In this document: positions 33,870-42,060 of the stretch, in pieces
Layout of the letters: the number at the start of each line of letters is the position of its first letter
How positions within the stretch are numbered: position 1 is the first letter of the stretch
Assembly (NCBI GenBank): GCA_945952345.1
Contig: CAMFIS010000004.1
Coordinates: forward strand, 11,094-75,093
DNA length: 64,000 nucleotides
Direction of reading: 5' to 3'
Origin: an uncultured Fimbriimonas sp.
GTDB taxonomy: Bacteria > Armatimonadota > Fimbriimonadia > Fimbriimonadales > Fimbriimonadaceae
Notes under the pieces: generated by a model
What the model saw: the letters and a program-made list of their open reading frames with translations, nothing else
The model's database searches: none
Told to the model about the DNA's origin: nothing
Translations under genes and position numbers: made by a program

Positions 33870-33945
33870 ACGAGTAAGCCGGAGCATGGGCATCTCGCCC
33901 GTGGAAAGAAAGAGCGAGTGCGGGAATCCGGACTCGCTTTTTTGT
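33870..33945 (+). repeat. 76-nt repeat copy 2
   Basis: 71/76 identical to copy 1 and 196 nt downstream. Both stems are preserved, and it is followed by TTTTTT. Confidence 0.9.
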
Positions 33946-34018
33946 GTCAGCGAACGGGGCAGTGCATTCGTACATAGGCGTGGCACTGATACGCGTAACG
34001 AGGAACGAGTGGAGCTTA

Positions 34019-34642
34019 TCAGTGTTCTCTTCTCGCCGTCTCGCCGGTCGCAACGTCGGGGCCGCCATTTTCCTTCAGCCTGAGCGCCTTCGCAGCCCGG
34101 CTCGCGTTCGTTTCAAGATTGAGCATTTCGTAATCGGAGTACAAGATGACCTTAAAATCGCGCCCAACTAGACTCTTTAGCGTTTTCTCAAGCGTGAAAT
34201 TGTTCTCAAGGTACTGATTGAAGGTGATGAGATTGCCGGACTCGAAGAGGACGTGAAAGTAGTCCACATAGTTACCTCGATTCCCAATTGAAAGTTTCGA
34301 ATTGTAGATTTGCGCAATGTGGCGCAAGTCGTCGGATACTTGTAGTTTTCCAGTCGAGTCGAAGAGCGAAATCTGACTACCAGTAACCTCGATCCTTGCT
34401 TGAGTATGGTTGTCTCGGTAGAGTCTCCTTAACGAAAAGTAGGTCAAGACAACGCTAATGATTGCCCAGGAGACTCCGAGGGGCACATAAGATTTCGGAG
34501 GGAAGAAAAAGCTGGTCAGGAATGCGGCTGGGAAAGCCGAAATCGCCGTGCACAAGAAGAGTGTGAGGCAGCAGGAAAAGAGAAGATTGTCGGTTGTTTT
34601 GACTTGATAAACCTTCGGACTTGGCTGCGGAATCTCCTCCAC
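34019..34642 (-). CDS. hypothetical two-TM membrane protein
   Basis: 207 aa with two N-terminal hydrophobic helices (FSCCLTLFLCTAISAFPAAFL; VSWAIISVVLTYFSL) followed by a ~130-aa soluble domain. No motif recognised. Confidence 0.55.
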   Translation of the reverse strand: MEEIPQPSPKVYQVKTTDNLLFSCCLTLFLCTAISAFPAAFLTSFFFPPKSYVPLGVSWAIISVVLTYFSLRRLYRDNHTQARIEVTGSQISLFDSTGKLQVSDDLRHIAQIYNSKLSIGNRGNYVDYFHVLFESGNLITFNQYLENNFTLEKTLKSLVGRDFKVILYSDYEMLNLETNASRAAKALRLKENGGPDVATGETARREH

Positions 34643-34981
34643 ACAGCCATGCTACCTCTACCTATGGGGACTGTTCGTGTCGAATTTATGGACCTTGGCG
34701 CTGACGCGCGGGTCGCTTCGCTCCTCGGACTAAGACGTCAATGGCTTCGGACCCAGGCCCGCACATCGATTTTCGCCTAGGCTCAGTCTCGCTTAGCCTG
34801 GGCTGAACTATTGCCGCCCCATTGGGGCTGATTTGTCGAACGGAGGCAATTGGTCGGGGCTGGTCCGAGCTCACCGCTTGCCTTGGGCAGAAAATTGAAG
34901 CCTTTTGGGGGCATAGGCGTCCCGCCTGTGTTCTTGCGAACAGTCCCATCCCACAAATCCTGACCAAGTAAACTAGCAGGC

Positions 34982-36037
34982 ATGTCCATCGACCTTAATT
35001 CCCGCGAAGCCGTGACCGCACTCGACCCGAAAGGCATGCTCCATTTCACCGAGGAGTATCCCAACCAGTGCCGAACCGCGTTGAAGCTAGTCGATGGAGT
35101 CGAGCTTCCTAAAGGCGGTGACTACACGGTTGCGTTGCTGACCGGTCTCGGTGGATCGGCTGTGGGCGGCGACTATGTTCGCGCGATGTTCGATGCGTTC
35201 GGCAAGATTCCGTTCATCGTCAATCGCGACTACCATTTGTCATCGTATGTCGGGCCCAAGACGCTGGTGTTCGCGACCAGCTACAGCGGCAACACCGAGG
35301 AGACTTTGAGCGCTTATGCCGATGCCAAGAAGGCGGGCGCGCAGGTGGTCTGCGTTACCAGCGGCGGCAAGCTGAAGGAGCAGGCGCTGGCAGACGGTTA
35401 TCCGGTCATCACGGTTCCCGGCGGACAGCCGCCGCGAACGGCACTCGGCTTTATGCTGATCCCAGTTTTGGCGGCGTGTGTGAAGATGGGCTTGCTGCCT
35501 GAACAGAATTTCGCCGCTACCTTTGACCTGCTCGAAGGTCTTTGTGGCGAGTGGACGGTTGAAGGCTCGGACCCGATTGCGAAGGATTTGGCGACGTCGC
35601 TTCATGGCAACCTCGGAATCTTGTATGGTCTGGGCGGCTGGCAGGCGATTATCGCCAACCGATGGAAGGGGCAGATCAACGAGAACGCGAAGAATCATAT
35701 CTTCGTGAATGCGTTCCCCGAGCTCAACCATAACGAGATATTGGGCTGGGTGAAGGCGGATGGGCAAGGCGTCGCGAAGTACGTCGGTATGGTTCTGGAA
35801 GATGGCGATGAGAGCGCGAAGATGAAGAAGCGCGCCGAGGTGACGGAAGGGCTGGTGAAGGACCTCTGCTCATTTACGCACGTTCAGGCGGTTGGTTCGA
35901 CGCTGCTGGAGAAGCTGCTGTCGCTGACGTACCTGGGCGATTTCGTGAGCCTGTATCTGGCCGCGCTGAACCAAGTCGATCCGGAGAACATCGACTCGAT
36001 CAATATTCTGAAAACTGAGCTTTCGAAAGTTCAGTAA
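34982..36037 (+). CDS. bifunctional phosphoglucose/phosphomannose isomerase (SIS-domain PGI/PMI type)
   Basis: 351 aa with a SIS motif (LTGLGGSAVGGD), SYSGNTEET, and a C-terminal region typical of the archaeal/bacterial PGI-PMI family. Confidence 0.8.
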   Translation: MSIDLNSREAVTALDPKGMLHFTEEYPNQCRTALKLVDGVELPKGGDYTVALLTGLGGSAVGGDYVRAMFDAFGKIPFIVNRDYHLSSYVGPKTLVFATSYSGNTEETLSAYADAKKAGAQVVCVTSGGKLKEQALADGYPVITVPGGQPPRTALGFMLIPVLAACVKMGLLPEQNFAATFDLLEGLCGEWTVEGSDPIAKDLATSLHGNLGILYGLGGWQAIIANRWKGQINENAKNHIFVNAFPELNHNEILGWVKADGQGVAKYVGMVLEDGDESAKMKKRAEVTEGLVKDLCSFTHVQAVGSTLLEKLLSLTYLGDFVSLYLAALNQVDPENIDSINILKTELSKVQ

Positions 36038-36040
36038 TTC

Positions 36041-36074
36041 GTGCGAGTGCGAGAAAGGATTCTTGCACTCGCAC
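36041..36074. terminator. bidirectional stem-loop between convergent genes
   Basis: Perfect 10-bp inverted repeat GTGCGAGTGC / GCACTCGCAC with a 14-nt loop, between the PGI/PMI stop (36037) and the GyrI-like stop (36089). Confidence 0.55.
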
Positions 36075-36088
36075 TGCTCGCTTGCACT

Positions 36089-36607
36089 CTATTTGACCAT
36101 ATAGGCGATCTCAGACTTCCACTTGGACGGGTCTTTCTCGGTGTCCGGATTGGAGTAGTAGTATTCGATCCTCGACGCAAAGACATCTGGCTTCGACATC
36201 TTGATCGTCTTGCCATGTGCCTTCGCCCAATCCTGTACCGCACCGTTCTGCGGAATGAGGTTGTAGAAGTTTCCGAAGTGGGTGAGTGAGACGTACTTGC
36301 CGCCGGGGACCTTACCGGTTCGGATCTCGCCTTCGCCGGGGATCACCTTATCGACCACTACGCCAAGCTCGATCTCAAGTCCTTTGTCCATATCGACCTT
36401 GTAGTAGCGCAGGAATCCGGCGGTGTCCTTTAGGTGATGCTTTACGCACCAATCGCGAATCTTGGGCATGAGGCGGGGGAAGACGGTCGAAAGGGTTTTG
36501 ATGGTTTCTTTCGAGCGGATGGCGACATAGGGCACCGGCTTGCGGGTGACAAGCTCGGGCGTTTCGGGTTTCTGCTGAGTTAGGGCAAGGGCGATGAGAG
36601 GCGTCAT
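36089..36607 (-). CDS. GyrI-like / AraC effector-binding-domain protein
   Basis: An internal ATG at 36607 (GGAG upstream) gives 172 aa beginning MTPLIALALTQQ. The duplicated beta-alpha-beta-beta pattern (PYVAIRSKETI..., GGKYVSLTHFG) is typical of GyrI-like small-molecule-binding proteins. The 103 upstream residues of the 275-aa ORF cross a GC hairpin and look non-coding. Confidence 0.65.
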   Translation of the reverse strand: MTPLIALALTQQKPETPELVTRKPVPYVAIRSKETIKTLSTVFPRLMPKIRDWCVKHHLKDTAGFLRYYKVDMDKGLEIELGVVVDKVIPGEGEIRTGKVPGGKYVSLTHFGNFYNLIPQNGAVQDWAKAHGKTIKMSKPDVFASRIEYYYSNPDTEKDPSKWKSEIAYMVK

Positions 36608-36688
36608 GTTGGCTCCTTGAGAGTCAGTCGAATGATAGAGTTGGAAATCGACAGGTGTTGCGTTTTCGTTGTAAATACTTACCCAATT

Positions 36689-36754
36689 GCCCTCACCCCC
36701 CAACCCCTCTCCCAATTGAAGCCCATCTCGGAAAGGCTTCAATTGGGAGAGGGG
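36689..36754. repeat. GC-rich palindromic element (CCCTCACCCCCCAACCCCTCTCCCA box + 20-bp perfect hairpin); likely terminator of tricorn paralog 2
   Basis: CCCCTCTCCCAATTGAAGCC (36704-36723) pairs perfectly with GGCTTCAATTGGGAGAGGGG (36735-36754) across an 11-nt loop. It lies 12 nt downstream of the minus-strand stop at 36766. The prefix is shared with 40097-40125. Confidence 0.8.
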
Positions 36755-36765
36755 GGGGGCACCGA

Positions 36766-39700
36766 TTAACCTCCCTGCTTTGTGCCGGGTTTGGTGGGGA
36801 GCTTGGATTTGTCTGGGAAGTTGGCCAGCGCCGGTCGCGGCAGTTTGTAGTTCGCCATTTGCTTCACAACCTCGGCGATCGCAGCTTCGAGCTGGGCATC
36901 GCGGCCCTGTCGCCACATGTACGGATCCAGTTCGACTTCGATGTTTGGCGATGTGCCTTCGTTCTCAATGATCCAGTCGCCGGTACTGGCAAGCATCATC
37001 GCGTCGTCGGGAGCGGTGACACTGCCACCGTCTCGAAGCGGGAAGCCCGACGCCGAGATCATTGCGCCCCAGGTTCGTCGCCCAACGAGCGCGCCGACCT
37101 TGTGCAGCTTGAAGATGTATGGGAAAATGTCGCCACCTGAGCCGGCCATCTCGTTGATGAGCATGACCTTGGGACCGTAAACCGCGGCGCTAGGGTCGAG
37201 AATGCGCGAGCCGTAGCGAGCCTTATCGATGAAGTCGAGAGGCTTTTCGAGTTCGCGAACCATGTAATCATTCACCAATCCGCCGTGGTTGAAGCGGTCG
37301 TCGAGGATCATGCCTTCCTTGTCGGTTTGCGAATAGAAGTAGCGCTGGAACGCCTCGAATCCACCGCCGCCGGTGTCGGGCACGTGCACATATCCCACGC
37401 GGCCGTTGGTGGCTTTGGCGATAATGCGGCGGTTGTCCTCGGTCCAGGATCGGAAGCGAAGATTGAACTCGTTGGCGATGGGGACAACCGTGACTTCTCG
37501 AGCATCTTCCATCTTGGCGGTCGGTCCGATCTTGATCTTGACCTGCTTGCCAGCCTTACCCTCGAGTTCGAGGTAGATGTCCTTGGCATCCGTGAGTTCC
37601 ACACCGTCGATGGCGAGGAGGTACTCGCCAACTTTGGCGTTGATGCCTGGCTGAGCTAGCGGGGCGGTGAGGTTGGGGTTCCAACGCTCGCCGTCATAGA
37701 TTCGGGTGAACCGGTAGTGCCCGTTTTCGAAACTGTAATCCGCCCCAAGCAGACCACCGGCGACACCCGGCTTCCTGCTCGGCATGTCGCCACCGCGGAT
37801 GAACATGTGCCCCACGCAGAGCTCGCCGAGCATGTCCGTGAAAAGGTAGTTGAGGTCGTCGCGACTGACGATGTTATCGAGGAACGGCTCGTATCGGCGG
37901 ACCATTTCGTCGGCGTCGATGCCGTGGAGGTTCGGCGCATAGAGGAGCATCTTCTCGTTTCGCCACACCTCGTGGAACATCGCTTTCCACTCGGTCTTAG
38001 GATCGATCTTGACCTTGAGATCGGAAAGTTCAAGGGTGCCCTGGCCAGGTGCGGGAGGCGCCGTGGCCGACACAATGCTGATGCCACCTGGACCCTGGAT
38101 GAGGAGCTTCGCGCCATCGAAAGTGGTGCCCATGATCGCGCCGCCATCGAGGAACTTCATCGGTTTGCGATCGGCGAAGCTGTACTTCGTGATGCCATCG
38201 TTGCCACCCCGGCGACGACCACCGCCGCTGGCGACGGCGAAGAAGGATCCGGCGGGTCCGGCTTCGAGTTGGCCGTAGTTCTGGGCGGGCAGAGGAACCG
38301 CGATGATGCGCTGCTCGATGTTGTCGAGATCGATCGAGAATGGGGCGGGCTTGGGAGCTTCTCCCGGTGCTGCGGGTTTTGTTGGCCTTGCGCCCTCTTC
38401 ATCGCTTTCGGGCTGGAGTGGATTAGGCAAATCCTTGCGCAGTACGACAGCGTAAATTGTCGAGGTTGGCGGCTCGGCGGTGAGCGTCGTCACGTCCTCG
38501 AAGTGCGCGCCGTGGCCCACATCGGTCGATGCCGTGAAGTAAAGATGCTTGCCGTCGCGGTCGAAGACGGGGTTCTGAGCATCGGAAAGTCCGTCGGTGA
38601 TTTGAGTAACTTTGCCGCTCACAAGACTATACAAAAAGATCGCGCTGTAAAGGTTAGAGAGGTCTCGATTGTAGGTGATCCACTTGGAGTCGGGAGACCA
38701 CTTGGGATTGATTTCGGCGCGGCCCCGGTACGTCTGCTTGTCCACTGTCTTGTTCTCGCCGGTGGCGATATCGACGATGTTGAGGGTCAGCTTTTCGCTG
38801 GAATAGGCGATCTTGGTTCCATCCGGAGACCAGACGAGATTCTTGTAGTAGCCCGAGCCATCGGCCAATGGAATTCGCTTTTCGGTATTGGTCGCGATGT
38901 CGAGAAGGGCGAGCTTCTGGTCGCCGTCTTCATCGCTGATGTAGGCGATGGTCTTGCCATCCGGGGACCAGATGGGTTCACGACGATTCACGCCCTGCTT
39001 CCCGCCCAGGCTGCGGATATCACCCTTGGAAGCGGGAGCCGTCAATGCCCAGCCCCGAGCGGTGATGACGACTCGCTGCCCACTGGGCGAGAGCGCCATT
39101 CCCGTAATCAGAGGTTGGACATTCTTGAATTGGGTTCGAACTTCTTGGAAGTCTCCCTTGATGTCGATGGGGACCCGCTTGCTTTGGTGCGAGGAGAGAT
39201 CGTAAAGGTTAATCGAACCGAGTCGCTCGTAGACGATCGCACCGGGGCCAGCCGAGGCCGACTTGAGGTCAAATCCTTCGCCGGGAATCTCGACCGAGAC
39301 GCTTCCTGTCTTAGTGTCGTACCGACTGAGGCCCACAGGCCCGGTCGGATCGGTCATGAAGTAAATGCTGTCGCCAACCCACATCGGATGGTTGTCGTTG
39401 GTGTTGTGATGCGGCACCGATTTCCAGTGCGAATCGGCCAGGTCGAGAATCCAAATCGGGGTGGTTTGGCCGCCGCGATAGCGTTTCCAAGCTTCTTGCC
39501 ACTTGCCATTGGGCACGTAGGCGATGTGCTTGCCATCGGCCGACATCGAGCCTTCGACGCCCGCGGGAAGAGGCAGGGCCTCCGGCATGCCACCGTTCTT
39601 AGAAACCGTGAACAGACGTGGATAGTCGGTGTTGGAAAGCATGTTGGACGAAAAGATGACGCGCTGGCCATCGGGTGTCCAACCCACGGCGATGTCGGGT

Positions 39701-40020
39701 GATGGATGGGCGGTGAGTCGCTTGGGGATGCCACCTTCGACGGGCATGGTGTAGACGTCGGTGTTGCCGTCGTATTGGCCGGTAAAGGCAACGGCTTTTC
39801 CGTCGGGGGAGAAGATGGGATTCGACTCAATTCCGGGCGAATCGGTGAGGCGCTTGGCTTGTCCGCCGGTGCGGGGCACCGACCAAAGATCGCCGGCATA
39901 TTGGAACACGATGGTGGTCGCGCTGAGGGTTGGATTTCGCATCAGCAGCGGATTGGGTCCCGGGTCGAACGCAGTGTCTTTATGGGCAGCGTGGAGAACC
40001 AACAGGCTGGCGAGAATCAT
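36766..40020 (-). CDS. tricorn-like protease (S41 family), paralog 2
   Basis: 1084 aa with a signal peptide and PD40/TolB-like repeats (SPDGK.IAF...DG..DIY). It has a PDZ-like segment and an S41 C-terminal domain (ILDDRFNHGG; NEMAGSGGDIF). Confidence 0.85.
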   Translation of the reverse strand: MILASLLVLHAAHKDTAFDPGPNPLLMRNPTLSATTIVFQYAGDLWSVPRTGGQAKRLTDSPGIESNPIFSPDGKAVAFTGQYDGNTDVYTMPVEGGIPKRLTAHPSPDIAVGWTPDGQRVIFSSNMLSNTDYPRLFTVSKNGGMPEALPLPAGVEGSMSADGKHIAYVPNGKWQEAWKRYRGGQTTPIWILDLADSHWKSVPHHNTNDNHPMWVGDSIYFMTDPTGPVGLSRYDTKTGSVSVEIPGEGFDLKSASAGPGAIVYERLGSINLYDLSSHQSKRVPIDIKGDFQEVRTQFKNVQPLITGMALSPSGQRVVITARGWALTAPASKGDIRSLGGKQGVNRREPIWSPDGKTIAYISDEDGDQKLALLDIATNTEKRIPLADGSGYYKNLVWSPDGTKIAYSSEKLTLNIVDIATGENKTVDKQTYRGRAEINPKWSPDSKWITYNRDLSNLYSAIFLYSLVSGKVTQITDGLSDAQNPVFDRDGKHLYFTASTDVGHGAHFEDVTTLTAEPPTSTIYAVVLRKDLPNPLQPESDEEGARPTKPAAPGEAPKPAPFSIDLDNIEQRIIAVPLPAQNYGQLEAGPAGSFFAVASGGGRRRGGNDGITKYSFADRKPMKFLDGGAIMGTTFDGAKLLIQGPGGISIVSATAPPAPGQGTLELSDLKVKIDPKTEWKAMFHEVWRNEKMLLYAPNLHGIDADEMVRRYEPFLDNIVSRDDLNYLFTDMLGELCVGHMFIRGGDMPSRKPGVAGGLLGADYSFENGHYRFTRIYDGERWNPNLTAPLAQPGINAKVGEYLLAIDGVELTDAKDIYLELEGKAGKQVKIKIGPTAKMEDAREVTVVPIANEFNLRFRSWTEDNRRIIAKATNGRVGYVHVPDTGGGGFEAFQRYFYSQTDKEGMILDDRFNHGGLVNDYMVRELEKPLDFIDKARYGSRILDPSAAVYGPKVMLINEMAGSGGDIFPYIFKLHKVGALVGRRTWGAMISASGFPLRDGGSVTAPDDAMMLASTGDWIIENEGTSPNIEVELDPYMWRQGRDAQLEAAIAEVVKQMANYKLPRPALANFPDKSKLPTKPGTKQGG

Positions 40021-40096
40021 GGGGCGATTCTACCTAGGGAGTTAAGTCAAGGGCGATCTGCTTGGCGCGGATTTCGCACGATGCATTTAGCAGTCA

Positions 40097-40143
40097 GCCC
40101 TCACCCCCCCAACCCCCTCTCCCAGGCGAGCTGGGAGAGGGGG
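40097..40143. repeat. GC-rich palindromic element, second copy
   Basis: GCCCTCACCCCCCCAACCCCCTCTCCCA prefix, with a 13-bp perfect hairpin CCCCCTCTCCCAG (40113-40125) / CTGGGAGAGGGGG (40131-40143). It lies in a divergent intergenic region. Confidence 0.8.
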
Positions 40144-40204
40144 CTTAAAATTCCCAATTCCTTCGCATCCTCTTTAGCGGCTGGCGCGTCCCTACCTTTC
40201 CTGC

Positions 40205-41995
40205 ATGCATTCCCGAGACGCCGCGGCTAAGGTTTTATTGCGCCCGTACCAAGCCAAAGCTTTGGGGCAGATCGTCGCATGTCGAGACCGAGGACTCAAG
40301 CGCGTTCTCGCAGTTCTTCCCACAGGAACGGGAAAAACCACCCTCTTCTCCGCTCTGATTGGGCAACTCTACAAAGAGACGAAGGCGTCGACGCTGGTTC
40401 TCGCCCACCGCCGCGAACTGCTGGAGCAGGCAGCCGCGCGCATCGCGCTCCAGAACCCGAAGCTGCGGGTCGATATCGAAGCCAACCTCAAGGAGCGACC
40501 GTCGAAACAGCAAGTGCTAGTCGGGTCGGTGCAGACTCTTGGCCGCGAAGACACGACGCGGCTGGGAGACTGGCGGCCGGGATGTCTCATCATCGACGAG
40601 GCGCACCACGCAGCAGCGGATAGTTACCAAAACGCCATGCGTTTGGCGGGATCGTACGACGAGAATTGCTTCACGGTCGGAGTCACGGCGACTCCGCATC
40701 GCATGGACAATCGTCCGCTGCACGGCGAAGAAGAGGCGATCTTCGAAGAAGTCGCGTTCACCTATACATTAAAGGAGGCGATCGCCGATGGGTGGCTTGC
40801 TGACCTACGCGGTTACCGGGTCGCAACGGGCGTCGACCTCAGTCGAGTGCGGATTGTGCACGGCGACTACTCCTCGAAGCAGCTTCAGGATGCGGTGAAC
40901 ACCGAAAGCCGAAATCGGACGGCACTGGAAAACTGGCAGAACATCGCGCAGGACCGGAAGACGATTGTGTTCTGCACTGGCGTCGAGCACGCAAAGGCGG
41001 TTGCGGAAATGTTTCGTGAGTCGGGGATTCGGGCGGAGTCGGTCGATGGTTCAATGCGGCCCGAAGAGCGGCGCAATATCATGAACCGCTTCGCGACGGG
41101 CAGGACGCAAGTTCTCGCTAACGTCGAAATCGCGACTGAAGGCTTTGATGTTCCCGATGTCGGCTGCGTGCTGTTGCTGAGACCGACCAAGAGTTGGGCG
41201 CTGTTCTGTCAGATGATCGGGCGAGGATTACGGGTTCTCCCAAACACGATCGAAGGCGTTCCCGACGCTTCGGCGAGGCGAGAGAAGATTCGGAATTCGG
41301 GAAAGGCGGATTGCCTGGTCATCGATGTGGTGGATAACGGCAAGCGATCCGCCGCTCCAAAGCCAGAAAAAGAAGAAGAAAAGCCTTCGCTCAGCGCGGT
41401 CGTCGGTCTGCCGGAGGACTTCGATCTCGAAGGGCACACGTTGCTCGAGGCGATGCAGAAGTGGGATCAGCTTGACCCGCGAGCCCAGGCACTACTTTTC
41501 CGACGCAATATCAACTTCGACGATCTCGATAGCTCGTTGACGGCAGTGGACATCCTCGCCGAACTGACGCCGCCGGAGGAGATCATTGGAGTCAGTCGCA
41601 ACGCATGGATGAAGGTGGGCGACGGTCGCTACCTGCTCGCCTGTGGATCGTCGAAGCAAGAGGGACATCGTATGGCTGCGATTGAAGAAGATGCGCTTGG
41701 TTTCTATCACCTGATGGTCACATCCGCATCGCGCGATCCGCTCGAATTTGAACTTGGGCGCGACGTCGCCGATGCATTCCGAAGGGCAGACCGCAGGATC
41801 AAAGACATTTGGCCATTTACCAGCGGACTGACGATGTCCAACACGGGTTGGCGGAACGGGAACGTATCCAATGAACAGAAGGAAGAGCTTAGAACATTGG
41901 GGGTCGAGGAGACGGTGTTGGCAATGCTCGACACGGCGGGGCAGGCTTGGACATTGCTGGAATTGAAGAAGCGAGAACTGGCAAATCGACTGTAA
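40205..41995 (+). CDS. superfamily-2 DEAD/DEAH-box helicase (type III restriction Res / XPB-like core) with C-terminal extension
   Basis: 596 aa with motif I (LPTGTGKT), motif II (IIDEAHH), GVTATP, RPTKS and QMIGRGLR. The ~170-aa C-terminal domain has unknown function. Confidence 0.8.
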   Translation: MHSRDAAAKVLLRPYQAKALGQIVACRDRGLKRVLAVLPTGTGKTTLFSALIGQLYKETKASTLVLAHRRELLEQAAARIALQNPKLRVDIEANLKERPSKQQVLVGSVQTLGREDTTRLGDWRPGCLIIDEAHHAAADSYQNAMRLAGSYDENCFTVGVTATPHRMDNRPLHGEEEAIFEEVAFTYTLKEAIADGWLADLRGYRVATGVDLSRVRIVHGDYSSKQLQDAVNTESRNRTALENWQNIAQDRKTIVFCTGVEHAKAVAEMFRESGIRAESVDGSMRPEERRNIMNRFATGRTQVLANVEIATEGFDVPDVGCVLLLRPTKSWALFCQMIGRGLRVLPNTIEGVPDASARREKIRNSGKADCLVIDVVDNGKRSAAPKPEKEEEKPSLSAVVGLPEDFDLEGHTLLEAMQKWDQLDPRAQALLFRRNINFDDLDSSLTAVDILAELTPPEEIIGVSRNAWMKVGDGRYLLACGSSKQEGHRMAAIEEDALGFYHLMVTSASRDPLEFELGRDVADAFRRADRRIKDIWPFTSGLTMSNTGWRNGNVSNEQKEELRTLGVEETVLAMLDTAGQAWTLLELKKRELANRL

Positions 41996-42060
41996 CCTAA
42001 GGCTCGTGAGGCCCAAAATAACGACAAAAAACCTATGCGTAAGTCCGCAAATGAATCTAT

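Noticed and set aside
33690-34083. Small ORFs beginning MG(V/I)SPVERKSECGNPDSL, found twice.
   Set aside because: The duplicated peptide is simply the translation of the 76-nt hairpin/terminator repeat. The ORFs run through stem-loops and T-tracts and have no RBS.
36608-36916. N-terminal 103 residues of the 275-aa ORF at 36089-36916.
   Set aside because: The extension overlaps the end of the tricorn-2 gene and crosses the 20-bp GC hairpin. An internal ATG at 36607 with an upstream GGAG gives a complete GyrI-like domain.
37717-39702. 661-aa plus-strand ORF, and the 410-aa minus-strand ORF at 17996-19228, inside the tricorn-like genes.
   Set aside because: They are antisense to long ORFs with coherent PD40/PDZ/S41 motifs. 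They have no motifs of their own, and their composition is Arg/Gly/His-rich.
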